Shown here: one piece after another, positions 28,606-38,145 of the stretch
How the letters are laid out: each line of letters begins with the position of its first letter
Position numbering within the stretch: position 1 is the stretch's first letter
DNA from: an uncultured archaeon
GTDB lineage: Archaea; Thermoplasmatota; Penumbrarchaeia; JASLWR01
Reading direction: 5' to 3'
Length of the DNA: 64,000 nucleotides
Assembly (NCBI GenBank): GCA_964342815.1
Contig: CAYFHS010000010.1
Span: forward strand, 58,379-122,378
Translations under genes and position numbers: made by a program
The notes under the pieces: model-generated
Told to the model about the DNA's origin: nothing
The model's input: only the letters and a program-made list of their open reading frames with translations
The model's database searches: none

Positions 28606-29991
28606 ATGACTTCAGGTAAAACAAGCAGGGAAATAGTGATAGTGGGACTTGGAGTGGGGGGTCTTTATGCTTCCAAGTCTGCAGCCAGTATTGACCGAAA
28701 AGCTCATGTTACAATCATCGAAAAAAGGGATTACGACATGTTCAGCCCCTGCGGGATGCCCTTTGCACTGAAGGGTATGGTGAAGGACCTCGATGAGTTG
28801 AAGCACACTGTTCCCTCAACCCGGCAGGTATCGAAGTTATTGTCGCATGAATTACTTTCAATTATTCCGGAAGAGAGGAAAATCCTGCTAAGAAATAACG
28901 TAAACGGCGAAGAATTTTCAGTTACTTTCGATTCACTGGTGCTCGCCCTTGGCGCTGCGCCCATCAATCTGCCAATACCAGGTGCCGAGGACTTTTACGG
29001 ACATGGTTTTCATTTCATGAGCGATCTCGAAGACGCAAAAAAGCTCCACACCGCAGCCCTGGCGTCCAAGAATAAGACCGCTGTGGTTGTAGGGGGAGGC
29101 GCCATAGGGCTGGAGATTGCCGTGGCACTTAAGACCATGGGACTTGAAGTTCATGTTACCAAGCGAACACCCCCGCCGCTCCCCCGAGACCTTGACCCGA
29201 AGATGGGTTCATTTATTATAGAAAAACTGGAAGAGTTGGGAATTAAGACTTATTTTGGAAAGGGGATCGACCGTATAGACGGAAGTAAATGGATCGAATC
29301 GGTGGAGATTGCCGGGGAGACTATACCCTGTGATATAGTTGTCATGGCGGTGGGAATGAGACCCCGGGTCCGGCAGGCCGAGGAATGCGGTATCAAAGTA
29401 AGCCGAAACGGTATCGTGACGGACGAAAGGATGGAAACTAACATTCCTGGAATCTATGCCATAGGAGACTGCGTCGAATCCTTCTCGAGAATAGACGGCG
29501 GCAGGGCAAGTATGAGATTGGCAACGTCGGCGTATCGAATGGGCACCATCGCCGGAACCAACGCTGCAGGCGGCTCCGCGAGGTACAGGGGGGTGGGCAA
29601 TACTTTCGTTTCAATGGTGGGTAACCTGGAAGTTTCGGCCACGGGTTACAACCTGGAAGCGGCAGAGAAGGCGGGGTTCGTAAATGCGAAGGGAATAATG
29701 ACCAAGGCCCTTATAAAACCCCACTGGATGCCCGGTGCCACGAGGCTTGTCCTTAGAATTGTTGTGGACGGCGTCGACGGCAGGATTCTCGGAGCACAGG
29801 CCATAGGAGAACAGGGCGCCGCCTGGAGGGTAAATGTTCTCGCTCTCGCCATATCGGCGGGATTGACCGTCCGCGATATTGCAGACGCTGAATTCTCATA
29901 CTGCCCACCGGTATCCGACGTGTACGATCCTCTGAGTCAGGTCGCCGAGATAGCCATAAAGAGGCTAAAGCTGGATGGACGCGTCAGATGA
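28606..29991 (+). CDS. FAD-dependent pyridine nucleotide-disulfide oxidoreductase, NADH oxidase / CoA-disulfide reductase family
   Basis: GLGVGG and GGGAIGLE dinucleotide-binding motifs, FSPCGMPF single redox Cys, YAIGDC, C-terminal FSYCPP..DP dimerisation motif. Confidence 0.9.
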   Translation: MTSGKTSREIVIVGLGVGGLYASKSAASIDRKAHVTIIEKRDYDMFSPCGMPFALKGMVKDLDELKHTVPSTRQVSKLLSHELLSIIPEERKILLRNNVNGEEFSVTFDSLVLALGAAPINLPIPGAEDFYGHGFHFMSDLEDAKKLHTAALASKNKTAVVVGGGAIGLEIAVALKTMGLEVHVTKRTPPPLPRDLDPKMGSFIIEKLEELGIKTYFGKGIDRIDGSKWIESVEIAGETIPCDIVVMAVGMRPRVRQAEECGIKVSRNGIVTDERMETNIPGIYAIGDCVESFSRIDGGRASMRLATSAYRMGTIAGTNAAGGSARYRGVGNTFVSMVGNLEVSATGYNLEAAEKAGFVNAKGIMTKALIKPHWMPGATRLVLRIVVDGVDGRILGAQAIGEQGAAWRVNVLALAISAGLTVRDIADAEFSYCPPVSDVYDPLSQVAEIAIKRLKLDGRVR

Positions 29992-30074
29992 TGAAGTATT
30001 GGGACAAAATTAATATAATCACTCGGTATTTCTATTGAGCACTATCAAAATTTCTTTTATAATTTTGAAGCTGA

Positions 30075-32219
30075 GTGGTACCCTTGCTATTTGTTTCAGT
30101 CCCAAATCTTTCCCCCGACCGAAGGTTTCCGGTATCATTACGATTGGCAATATCTATTATGGCGGTCTTATTTTTTATTGTAACGCCGGTAGTTACAACA
30201 TTATTCAATGAGGGTTTGATAAAAAAATCGGACAGCATCTTGGGTGAGCAGAGTAAGCTCACCAGTCCGTCAAGAGCAGCGGACCTGCCAGAGATACGTG
30301 TTAGTAAAAAATCCATTTTTCGGGCTGAATCAGCTTTGATCACGATTTTCACGGACAACGACATCAAGGGGCTTTGGTGCGACATATTTTTTTCTCCCGA
30401 CAATTCAACATGGTTTGAGCTGCCCGTCCGTACTGCCGAAGATCATTTCGAGGCCGATTATCATACTTCACACTCAATTTCCACAGGTACATACTATTTT
30501 CAGGGGGAAGTGGGAAACAAATCGGGGGGAACTGCGGAGAAAAGCAGTGTAGTGAAGATAACTGTAAATAATAATCCGCCCACCGCTTTCATATATACCG
30601 TATCAAACAAGATGGCTGCCGGGTTCGAATACCTATTCGATGCAGCGGGCAGTTTCGACCTCGATGGCAACATTAGCGATTATTCATGGGATTTTGGAGA
30701 TAACACAACTGCAGTGGGAAAGAAAGTTAAGCATACCTTTTCCGGCATTGGCAATCATACCGTCCGTCTGACGGTCACCGATAACGATGGTGGGAGGACC
30801 GAGGTAACAAGTTCCATATCGGTCGTGGTGAATTCAATTGGAAAAGGGCAATCCGTCTTTACCTTTGGAGATAAGCGAACGATGGTTTTCGGAGACGAAG
30901 TGAAAGTAAAAGGAAAAGTAGTTTTACTGCATAACAAAACAACTCTCTCGGGTCTCCGCACATTAGAGATGAATATCCTGAAAAATGGGAAAATTACTAA
31001 TCCCGCGGGAATGGAAACGGAAACATGGGACGAATACGACCCGGACTCAGGTTACATCACAAGCTTCTGGAGATGCCGTTTCGATTCAACCGAATTGGAT
31101 GACGGAGAGTATGAATTTGGGATCGAGACCACGAACATGTCAATAGGAATTTCTTTTGAAGTCGATAACGAACCTCCATTCTTATCATTCTTCTTCATCG
31201 GCCTGGGTATCTTTTTACTTGCTGCTGTAGCGGGATTTATTATAGAATTGCTGAGACACAGAAAATTAAGGAAAACACTCATGGAAATCGGCTATGAATC
31301 GAATGATGTTTTCCGCTATGTTCCACCGTTTTCCCTCATATCCTTCTTCATTAGCCTTTTATTATTATTTTTCGTATTTTTACTCATCATAAATACTCTG
31401 AATAGCTGGCTTTTCGTTCTTCTGCTTCTCCCGGCCACCGCTGTTTCCGGACTCTTTGCATATTTCTCATTTACGAGAAAATCGATCCCGATTACAATCA
31501 TCGCCCCACTGCTGTGTTGCGGTACTGGAACCTTATATCTCCTTGCCCTATTCGACCATTTCATTTTAGCGTTGATCGGAACGGTTATTTTCGTTCTCAC
31601 TGCCTGCGCTGAGATATTTTCGTATCTGTTTTACAACCGAAATTTGTTGATCCTTTTCCAGAACCGGGAGGAAAATACCACTTCTGTTGGGACGAACATG
31701 ACGCTGAACGCTTTCGAGCTATACCGGGACCGGGAGGCCGAGTACAAACGAAATCAAAAATTGTTACGGGCTCCAAAGGTACTTGTTCCGATCATTTTTT
31801 TCATTTATGCGGTCATGATGATGGGATTCGCGGGCCGCGCAACCCGGGCACCAAAAGGACCAAAGATCGTAAAACCAAAACGGGAGATACCGGAATGGAA
31901 GAAGAAGATATTCAAGGCGAACATCTATGGAAAGATTTCATATACCCGATTTACGACGAACGAGGTCAAGATAGGAATTTTCGATGTGAACGATTGGGGA
32001 AGGGACGAAAAACTCGCGAGTGTTTTGCTTGCACAGTTCATAAAGATAATGGGCAGGAAGGAAAATAAAAGATCCTTTGCAAATTCGGTGAAGATAAAAT
32101 TAATGGCCAGCGATCCGGGGGTGGAGGAAAAGAAGAAACTGCTCAAGAAAACGGGTTTTGCGAGAGACGCAGGAGAGGGAAGTACGGCGGTGGAGATCTA
32201 TTGTTTGGATATCACATGA
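30075..32219 (+). CDS. Multi-pass membrane protein with extracellular PKD domain
   Basis: NNPPTA..FDAAGSFDLDGNISDYSWDFGD..HTFSGIGNHTVRLTVTDNDG (PKD) followed by about 6 hydrophobic helices and a basic C-terminal domain. The start codon is uncertain. Confidence 0.8.
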   Translation: MVPLLFVSVPNLSPDRRFPVSLRLAISIMAVLFFIVTPVVTTLFNEGLIKKSDSILGEQSKLTSPSRAADLPEIRVSKKSIFRAESALITIFTDNDIKGLWCDIFFSPDNSTWFELPVRTAEDHFEADYHTSHSISTGTYYFQGEVGNKSGGTAEKSSVVKITVNNNPPTAFIYTVSNKMAAGFEYLFDAAGSFDLDGNISDYSWDFGDNTTAVGKKVKHTFSGIGNHTVRLTVTDNDGGRTEVTSSISVVVNSIGKGQSVFTFGDKRTMVFGDEVKVKGKVVLLHNKTTLSGLRTLEMNILKNGKITNPAGMETETWDEYDPDSGYITSFWRCRFDSTELDDGEYEFGIETTNMSIGISFEVDNEPPFLSFFFIGLGIFLLAAVAGFIIELLRHRKLRKTLMEIGYESNDVFRYVPPFSLISFFISLLLLFFVFLLIINTLNSWLFVLLLLPATAVSGLFAYFSFTRKSIPITIIAPLLCCGTGTLYLLALFDHFILALIGTVIFVLTACAEIFSYLFYNRNLLILFQNREENTTSVGTNMTLNAFELYRDREAEYKRNQKLLRAPKVLVPIIFFIYAVMMMGFAGRATRAPKGPKIVKPKREIPEWKKKIFKANIYGKISYTRFTTNEVKIGIFDVNDWGRDEKLASVLLAQFIKIMGRKENKRSFANSVKIKLMASDPGVEEKKKLLKKTGFARDAGEGSTAVEIYCLDIT

Positions 32220-32234
32220 GAGTGCGGTGAAAAG

Positions 32235-32870
32235 ATGACCAAGATAAAGAACGATAAAAATTGGGAAAAGGAGATAAAAAAAATAATCCGAGAAAAAGAA
32301 ACTGAGCTTAAGGCGGTCATAGACGAGCGGGATAGCAAACGGAACGAGGAATTGGATATAGTAAGTAGTATAGAAGAAGTGGTTGAGGCCCGGTCCCGCA
32401 ATATAATCGATATGGTCAACTCAAACGAAAAGCTCGGGATCTCACCGGCTCCGCACTTCGAGCTGAGGCCTCACGGTCAGCCAAAGTCGGCGGCCAAAAA
32501 GGATGATCTCAATCCCGTTCGAATTAAAAAAGATAAATACCCTCACGTCTACGAATACGAGCTGGTTATGCCGAAGCTGTCCGACGTTCTGGCTGTAAAC
32601 CTTCTTTTCAGGATAGAGATCCGACGCAGGTTACGCGATAACAAGGAACCCGAATTTTCTCTAGTACTACGGGCCTATCACAAATATCTGGACACCCAGC
32701 TGGACCAGAAAGGATTTTTAGAACTTCCCTACGGGACAGTGGACGGGGAGAAGGTTGACGAATTCGTGAAAAAAACCTACGGGACATTTCTCGAGAGCTG
32801 GTACATGCGGAAGATCGGTGAGGAACGGGACAAGGAGAGAGAATACAAGGTGGAAATACGTGTAAAGTGA
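32235..32870 (+). CDS. Hypothetical protein (211 aa, charged N-terminal helix)
   Basis: GGTGA SD, 15 nt after the previous stop, ordinary codon-like composition. No family recognised. Confidence 0.75.
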   Translation: MTKIKNDKNWEKEIKKIIREKETELKAVIDERDSKRNEELDIVSSIEEVVEARSRNIIDMVNSNEKLGISPAPHFELRPHGQPKSAAKKDDLNPVRIKKDKYPHVYEYELVMPKLSDVLAVNLLFRIEIRRRLRDNKEPEFSLVLRAYHKYLDTQLDQKGFLELPYGTVDGEKVDEFVKKTYGTFLESWYMRKIGEERDKEREYKVEIRVK

Positions 32871-32984
32871 TTTTTTCTGCACTCTCAAATCGGGTCGTCT
32901 ATGAAGCTTGCCTGCACAAAATTGGAAAGGGCTAAGCGGAAGTTTAATAAATTGGCAAACCTTTAACTATATATCGGTGATAGG

Positions 32985-33212
32985 ATGAAAATATACGATT
33001 ATAAAGTGATAATCGAACCTGATGACAGCGGTGGATATGTTGTGAGCTGTCCTTCATTTTCTGGGTGTTACAGTCAGGGAGACACCATTGAGGGAGCTAT
33101 AGCGAATATTAGGGAGGCAATACTTCTATGTATAGAGGATATCGAGGAGGAGAGTGAAGAAATCCCCGATCCGTCCAGGTCCCTTATTGCCACGGTAATG
33201 GTGGAGGTATGA
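32985..33212 (+). CDS. hicB: Type II TA antitoxin, HicB family (short form)
   Basis: YKVIIEPDDSGGYVVSCPSFSGCYSQGDTIEGAIANIREAI is the HicB RNase H-like motif; ATGA overlap with hicA. Confidence 0.9.
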   Translation: MKIYDYKVIIEPDDSGGYVVSCPSFSGCYSQGDTIEGAIANIREAILLCIEDIEEESEEIPDPSRSLIATVMVEV

Positions 33213-33445
33213 GCCCGCGTTTACCGGTTATTTCCGGTGAGCTTTTCGTAAAGGTCCTTGTGAAGATAGGATATTGTGTGATTAGACAACGGGGCAGCCA
33301 CTTGCGTTTGAAAGATTTAGATAATCCTCTCCACAACCCAATTACGATTCCTTTACACAAAGTAATAAAGCCCGGATTATTACGAAAAATTCTCTAGGAC
33401 GCCGATTTATCAGTAGATGAATTCATACGACTTTTAGAAAAATAA
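33209..33445 (+). pseudogene. hicA: HicA family toxin with an in-frame TAG at 33395-33397 (78 aa if read through)
   Basis: LPVISG..VKVL.K.GY.VIRQRGSH.RL..PITIPLH..IKPGLLRKIL*DADLSVDEFIRLLEK-TAA. The 15 codons after TAG match the normal HicA C-terminal helix. Confidence 0.8.
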
Positions 33446-33524
33446 TATGGAAGGAGGATACGCGCGGAACTCCATCATTGATAGACTGTTTTAGGAGATC
33501 GTTTATGTTTCCGGAAGTGCTCTA

Positions 33525-34154
33525 ATGGATTGGACAAAAGAAGAGCTGGAGCGTCATTATGTCGGAAAAATGAAGGTCGTAACCATACCCGTGAACGTAT
33601 CATTTTCAGGCAGACAAAGAATTTTAGAGATGAATGAACTGGAAGATATTCTGAGGAGTGCGGACTTTATAGCGCAAGGTGAATGCGACTGCAGGAAAAA
33701 ATTCGGAAAATGCGTTGAGCCCATGGACGGATGTTTGAGCTTGAACGACGAGGCCCGAGAAATTGTAAAGGCAACCGGATCCAAGCAAATCTCCTTAAGC
33801 GAAGCCCTGGAATCCATGAGGCGGACCTATGAAGCAGGTCTGGTGCATATGGCATATACCTTCGAGGGTGAGGACCAGGTGGGGCAGATATGTTCGTGCT
33901 GCTCATGCTGCTGCCATTCCATGAGTGCAGCTCTCCGCTTCGGGTACTCCGATCATGTGATCAGCTCGAAGTTTGTTGCTTCGAACGATGGGGAAAAATG
34001 CATTGATTGCGGAACCTGTGTCGAGAGATGCCAGTTCGGTGCAAGAGAGATAATTGACGGCAGATTGGTATACCGCGGGGAAAAATGTTTCGGGTGCGGC
34101 CTTTGTGCGGCGATGTGTCCGGAAGAAGCCATTGGTATGATCAGCAGGAAATAA
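33525..34154 (+). CDS. 4Fe-4S dicluster domain protein
   Basis: CDCRK..C..C, ICSCCSCCCH, CIDCGTCVERCQFGA and CFGCGLCAAMCP ferredoxin motifs. Confidence 0.88.
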   Translation: MDWTKEELERHYVGKMKVVTIPVNVSFSGRQRILEMNELEDILRSADFIAQGECDCRKKFGKCVEPMDGCLSLNDEAREIVKATGSKQISLSEALESMRRTYEAGLVHMAYTFEGEDQVGQICSCCSCCCHSMSAALRFGYSDHVISSKFVASNDGEKCIDCGTCVERCQFGAREIIDGRLVYRGEKCFGCGLCAAMCPEEAIGMISRK

Positions 34155-34233
34155 TCATCTTCACAAATAAATTATTAATTGTGGGGAGTCGAATATTCGA
34201 AATCGTCAAATCATGCCGGAAGCTCGATTTCGC

Positions 34234-34314
34234 TTACTTCTTTTTCTTCCAGCCCAATATTGCAGCACAAATACCTAACGCCACCATTGCTCCGAGAAGC
34301 TCGAAACCAGAATC
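34234..34314 (-). pseudogene. Orphan 3' fragment of a surface-protein gene (PGF-CTERM-like anchor)
   Basis: Translates DSGFELLGAMVALGICAAILGWKKKK-TAA (GF motif, TM, basic tail), preceded by an in-frame TGA with no start or body. Confidence 0.45.
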
Positions 34315-34401
34315 TCAGGTTCAATTCAATGCCGAAGTTGGATCATTAAATCAGCAGATTTGTGCTTCTGACAAACTTTCGAAAGAGAGCCTCAAATCGG
34401 C

Positions 34402-34635
34402 TTATGCCGAAACCTCTATCTTCTCTCTTAAAACCACGAATTCGGCTGTCGAAGTGGGCTCTGGCACGGGTATTCCGTCTTCAACAAACCCATCAATATG
34501 CATCTCGACTGCCTCATACATATTTTGCTCAGCTTCTTCGTATGTCTCACCCGTTGCGACACAACCCGGCAGGTCTGGAGAATAGGCGGAATAATTGCCA
34601 TTCGCCCTTTCGATGACTATGAGAAATCGATACAT
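34402..34635 (-). CDS. hicB: Type II TA antitoxin, HicB family
   Basis: IVIERANGNYSAYSPDLPGCVATGETYEEAEQNMYEAVEMHIDG..EDG.PVPEP. Confidence 0.92.
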   Translation of the reverse strand: MYRFLIVIERANGNYSAYSPDLPGCVATGETYEEAEQNMYEAVEMHIDGFVEDGIPVPEPTSTAEFVVLREKIEVSA

Positions 34636-34641
34636 ATGCGT

Positions 34642-34836
34642 TCACTCCTTTTTCTTGATTCGAGCTTGTTTAAGGATGCTGTTCAATGTTCCCGGAGCCA
34701 ACGTATGGCCAGGGTGACCTGCAATGGTTACCCGGCCAATTTTCTCCGGATGTTTATATTGCCGATGACTCCCTTTCTGGGTGATCATATACCATCCATC
34801 CTTTTCAATAAGTTTTATAATCTCTCGAATCTTCAT
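34642..34836 (-). CDS. hicA: Type II TA toxin, HicA family
   Basis: MKIREIIKLIEKDGWY...KGSHRQYKHP.K.GRVTI.GHP...LAPGTLNSILKQA. Confidence 0.93.
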   Translation of the reverse strand: MKIREIIKLIEKDGWYMITQKGSHRQYKHPEKIGRVTIAGHPGHTLAPGTLNSILKQARIKKKE

Positions 34837-35194
34837 ATTGGTGAATATAATAACTCCTACACTTATTAATAATTGTTGTTCAATTCATCTGTATATTGTC
34901 AATTGGGTAAATCTCGACGACTCTTACGGCTCCCATTTCATCTTGAAACATCTGTTTCTATTTCTACCGGGACGTTACCCGTCAGGCTCCGGCTTATTGT
35001 ATCGATACGTCTGAGTCCTCGCAAACCTTTGGTTTCCAGCGGGCTCATCGGACTTGCCCGCATATGAGGGGTTAATATTCGAATTATGGTGACAAACCCG
35101 GTGTTGTGGAAGTTAGAATAACTCTTCCCAAATGGCTAATTGAAAAGAAGAAACGATATGCAGAAAATACAATGAAATTGGAGGCTGTGCGAAC

Positions 35195-35347
35195 ATGATC
35201 GGTCCGGAGATCCATGGAAGATTTCTCCGAGAGCTATCCGGAGAATTTGGAAAACACGGCCTATAGGTTCTGGTGCTTGGTAGTTCTGCTTCCTTGATCT
35301 TACTTGGAAAAGCTCGGAGAATGACCAAAGATATTGTTGTTCATTAG
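35195..35347 (+). pseudogene. Decayed nucleotidyltransferase-like (GG/GS...R.TKDID-type) gene remnant
   Basis: GGAGG SD, then ATG; reads MIGPEIHGRFLRELSGEFGKHGL*VLVLGSSASLILLGKARRMTKDIVVH*. ATGA-coupled to an upstream fragment ending LEAVRT. The family call rests on a short motif. Confidence 0.4.
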
Positions 35348-35559
35348 AATCTACTAAAACACTTGAAACGGGGTTTTTTAGGCGATTTTCTAATAAAACT
35401 TTCGAATAAAATTAGCGGGGCCCCAAGGAATAATTGAGCCTCTCAACTGCCAAAGCTAGGATATGGTACCACGAGTTTATATACAAGATACCTGTTTTCC
35501 CGCCCTTCGCAATGTTGGAAAATATTCAATAATATAATATTAATAAGAGGAATAATAAG

Positions 35560-36795
35560 ATGAACTCATTTGAAAATTTTGGCTTCAGCCGGCAACTGTC
35601 CGGAGCCATTAAACGATTAGGATTTTCTACTCCTACGCACATACAACAGAGATCGATACCACTGATCCTGGACGGAAACGATGTAATTGGCGAATCGGCA
35701 ACTGGCTCAGGTAAAACACTTGCCTTCGGCTGTCCCATTATTGAAAATATTATCCCGAAAAAGGGAATTCAGGCTCTCATTCTGACTCCTACTCGAGAAC
35801 TGGCGGAGCAGGTGAAAAATGCCATAATTGCTATAACGAGCAACAGAAAAGTGCATATCAATGCAGTCTACGGCGGGGTCTCCATAGGCAATCAGATAAA
35901 GCTATTGAAAAGAACTGATGTGGTGGTTGCCACACCCGGGAGGTTACTGGACCATATTGGTCGTGGAACCTGCGATCTCTCTCGTATAAAGACACTGGTT
36001 CTGGATGAGGCGGACCGCATGCTGGATATGGGTTTTATTCACGATGTTGAAAAGATCATAAAGTTTTGTCCGTCAGATCGGCAGACATTGTTCTTTTCCG
36101 CCACCATATCGTCAGAGATAAAAAAGCTTGCGGATAAACACATGAAAGAGCCCACCCAGGTCATGGCCGAGAAAATGGTGGACCCGGACAAGCTGGAGCA
36201 GTTTTACTTCAATGTCAGTAAAAAGATGAAAATATCGCTTTTATCACATTTATTGAAAAAAGAGAAATCGGATCTTGCAATGGTATTTTGCAATACGCGC
36301 CGGATGACCGATATGGTTTCGAGAAATCTGAAGGCCGACGGTAACAGAGCCATCGCCATTCACGGCGGCCTTACACAGAGCCAACGGACCAAGACCATCA
36401 CTCAGTTCAACAACTCAAAGTCAAGCATCCTGGTCTGCACTGATATTGCAGCGAGGGGATTGGACATCGAGAATGTGTCTCACGTATACAATTACGATAT
36501 GCCTCCCGTTCCCAACGATTACGTGCACCGGATCGGCAGGACTGCCCGGGCAGGCGAACGGGGAAAGGTCATCAATCTTCTGACCAATTTTGACCGCCAG
36601 TATTTCTCGCGGATCGTGGCCAAGTATCCATCCTTCGCCATCGAGCAAGTGGATCTGCCAGAGGTAAAAAAGGTGAATGTTACAGCTGCCGAAAAATTCC
36701 GAAGACCAAAATCAAAACCAAAACGGTTTACACATGGCGCTAAAAAAAAGCCTTGGAACAAGAGGCGCAGGCCCCGTAAGGCACGAAATAATTGA
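35560..36795 (+). CDS. DEAD-box RNA helicase (DeaD/CshA-like)
   Basis: ATGSGKT, PTRELA, TPGRL, LDEADRM, SAT, ARGLD, HRIGRTARAG motifs; basic C-terminal tail. Confidence 0.96.
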   Translation: MNSFENFGFSRQLSGAIKRLGFSTPTHIQQRSIPLILDGNDVIGESATGSGKTLAFGCPIIENIIPKKGIQALILTPTRELAEQVKNAIIAITSNRKVHINAVYGGVSIGNQIKLLKRTDVVVATPGRLLDHIGRGTCDLSRIKTLVLDEADRMLDMGFIHDVEKIIKFCPSDRQTLFFSATISSEIKKLADKHMKEPTQVMAEKMVDPDKLEQFYFNVSKKMKISLLSHLLKKEKSDLAMVFCNTRRMTDMVSRNLKADGNRAIAIHGGLTQSQRTKTITQFNNSKSSILVCTDIAARGLDIENVSHVYNYDMPPVPNDYVHRIGRTARAGERGKVINLLTNFDRQYFSRIVAKYPSFAIEQVDLPEVKKVNVTAAEKFRRPKSKPKRFTHGAKKKPWNKRRRPRKARNN

Positions 36796-36810
36796 ATTCA
36801 ATTCAGAATC

Positions 36811-37305
36811 TCAAATCTTGGGAATCGCTCCGGCGAATCCCATGTCAGTTCCATCATCATTGCTTATGGGAATCAGGCTCGCCAGATTCTTATCCACGTC
36901 TATGACGTACATTACCGCAAGAATTCCAACGCACAGACCGATAACGGACCTCAATTCGATCAGTGGAAATATAATATCGCGGATGTACTTTCTGCCCTTA
37001 ATATTCTGCGTGGTATCTAGATATTTTCTCAATGCGCCCCTCATGGTTTTCAGTATTCCCGCAGTCCTATCGTCGATTTCTGGATCGGCTAGCAGTTCTG
37101 TGATCTTTCTCCGGATTTCCACCACGATCTCCTCAATCCCAGGTGGGGCTTCCACCTTGAACGGTTTGTAGAGTGGCGGATGCACTTCCAAAAATCTGAT
37201 AAAATCCCGGATCATAATTTTATCACTTTGTTTTGGCTTCCAATCTTCCATTGATCCGTAAAATTCCAGACCCCTGATATTTTTCAGCATCATTCGATCA
37301 TTCAT
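36811..37305 (-). CDS. Hypothetical protein, possibly DUF6650-like
   Basis: FLE....LY.P..VE.P....E...EIRRKITE.L....L..MR.A.RKYL pattern recalled from DUF6650; not verified. Confidence 0.6.
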   Translation of the reverse strand: MNDRMMLKNIRGLEFYGSMEDWKPKQSDKIMIRDFIRFLEVHPPLYKPFKVEAPPGIEEIVVEIRRKITELLADPEIDDRTAGILKTMRGALRKYLDTTQNIKGRKYIRDIIFPLIELRSVIGLCVGILAVMYVIDVDKNLASLIPISNDDGTDMGFAGAIPKI

Positions 37306-37486
37306 AGCTCAGACCTTCCGGGGAATTTTATCCAACAGCAATTGGTCATATCTTATATTTAAACTTAGAGAAAGAAATTAACTGTTTCGTTGCTCGTATG
37401 GTGGTAATGTTTATATTATTACGAAATTATATTCACCCGATATTTCAGATGAAAGGTTTTATACCTGCCTGGCTGTTAGCTTAGCA

Positions 37487-38059
37487 ATGAGCGATGTACT
37501 TGAGATCGAATATAAAGTAAGTTCCGGGAAGATCGTTAAAAGAATTACTTACTTTGTTGTGATTTTATTTATTTTTATTGGGGTGGGAACATCTGCTTTG
37601 ATTTACTTTTTTGAGGGATTTGGACCGGGCTTTTTTATTACAACCGCTATTTCATTGGTTCTCTACCCTTCAATACTTGTAGGGACCTGGGCTTTTTCCC
37701 CCCGGAGTTATTCCGTTTCGGAAAAGGTCATAAAAATTAAAAGACCGATATTATCCATCACGATCCCCGTTAATACCATCACCAGTATAGAGGAGAGGGA
37801 TTTCAAGTTCACACAATTGAGAAAGAAGATGGGCAATAACGGCCTCTTCTCCATTACCGGAAGTTTCTCGATCAAGGGAGACGGGACCGTATGGTTCTAT
37901 GCAAAGAACTCAAATTACGTGATGATACACGCCGAAAAAAAATACGTGCTGAGCCCGGATGATAGGTTTATGTTCACCAACCAGATGAAGAAGCATGTCG
38001 AGCGTTATGGTAACAGCTCCCAAAAAGGTGATGTCCTTCGTTTTCACATACACAAATAA
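37487..38059 (+). CDS. Membrane protein with bacterial PH domain (bPH_5-like)
   Basis: Two N-terminal TM helices, then PRSY.V....I.IKRP, GNNGLFSITGSF, YVLSPDD. Confidence 0.78.
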   Translation: MSDVLEIEYKVSSGKIVKRITYFVVILFIFIGVGTSALIYFFEGFGPGFFITTAISLVLYPSILVGTWAFSPRSYSVSEKVIKIKRPILSITIPVNTITSIEERDFKFTQLRKKMGNNGLFSITGSFSIKGDGTVWFYAKNSNYVMIHAEKKYVLSPDDRFMFTNQMKKHVERYGNSSQKGDVLRFHIHK

Positions 38060-38145
38060 TGATATTCGAGGGAGGTATGCTCTTGTGTCACCAAAATGCA
38101 GGGATTTCAGATAATCATCACTATGATGCAAACATCATTTTTTCA

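Noticed and set aside
28606-29991. Functional link between the Nox/CoADR gene and the upstream C25 protease
   Set aside because: Only adjacency (47 nt gap) supports it; this is an ordinary, widespread enzyme family.
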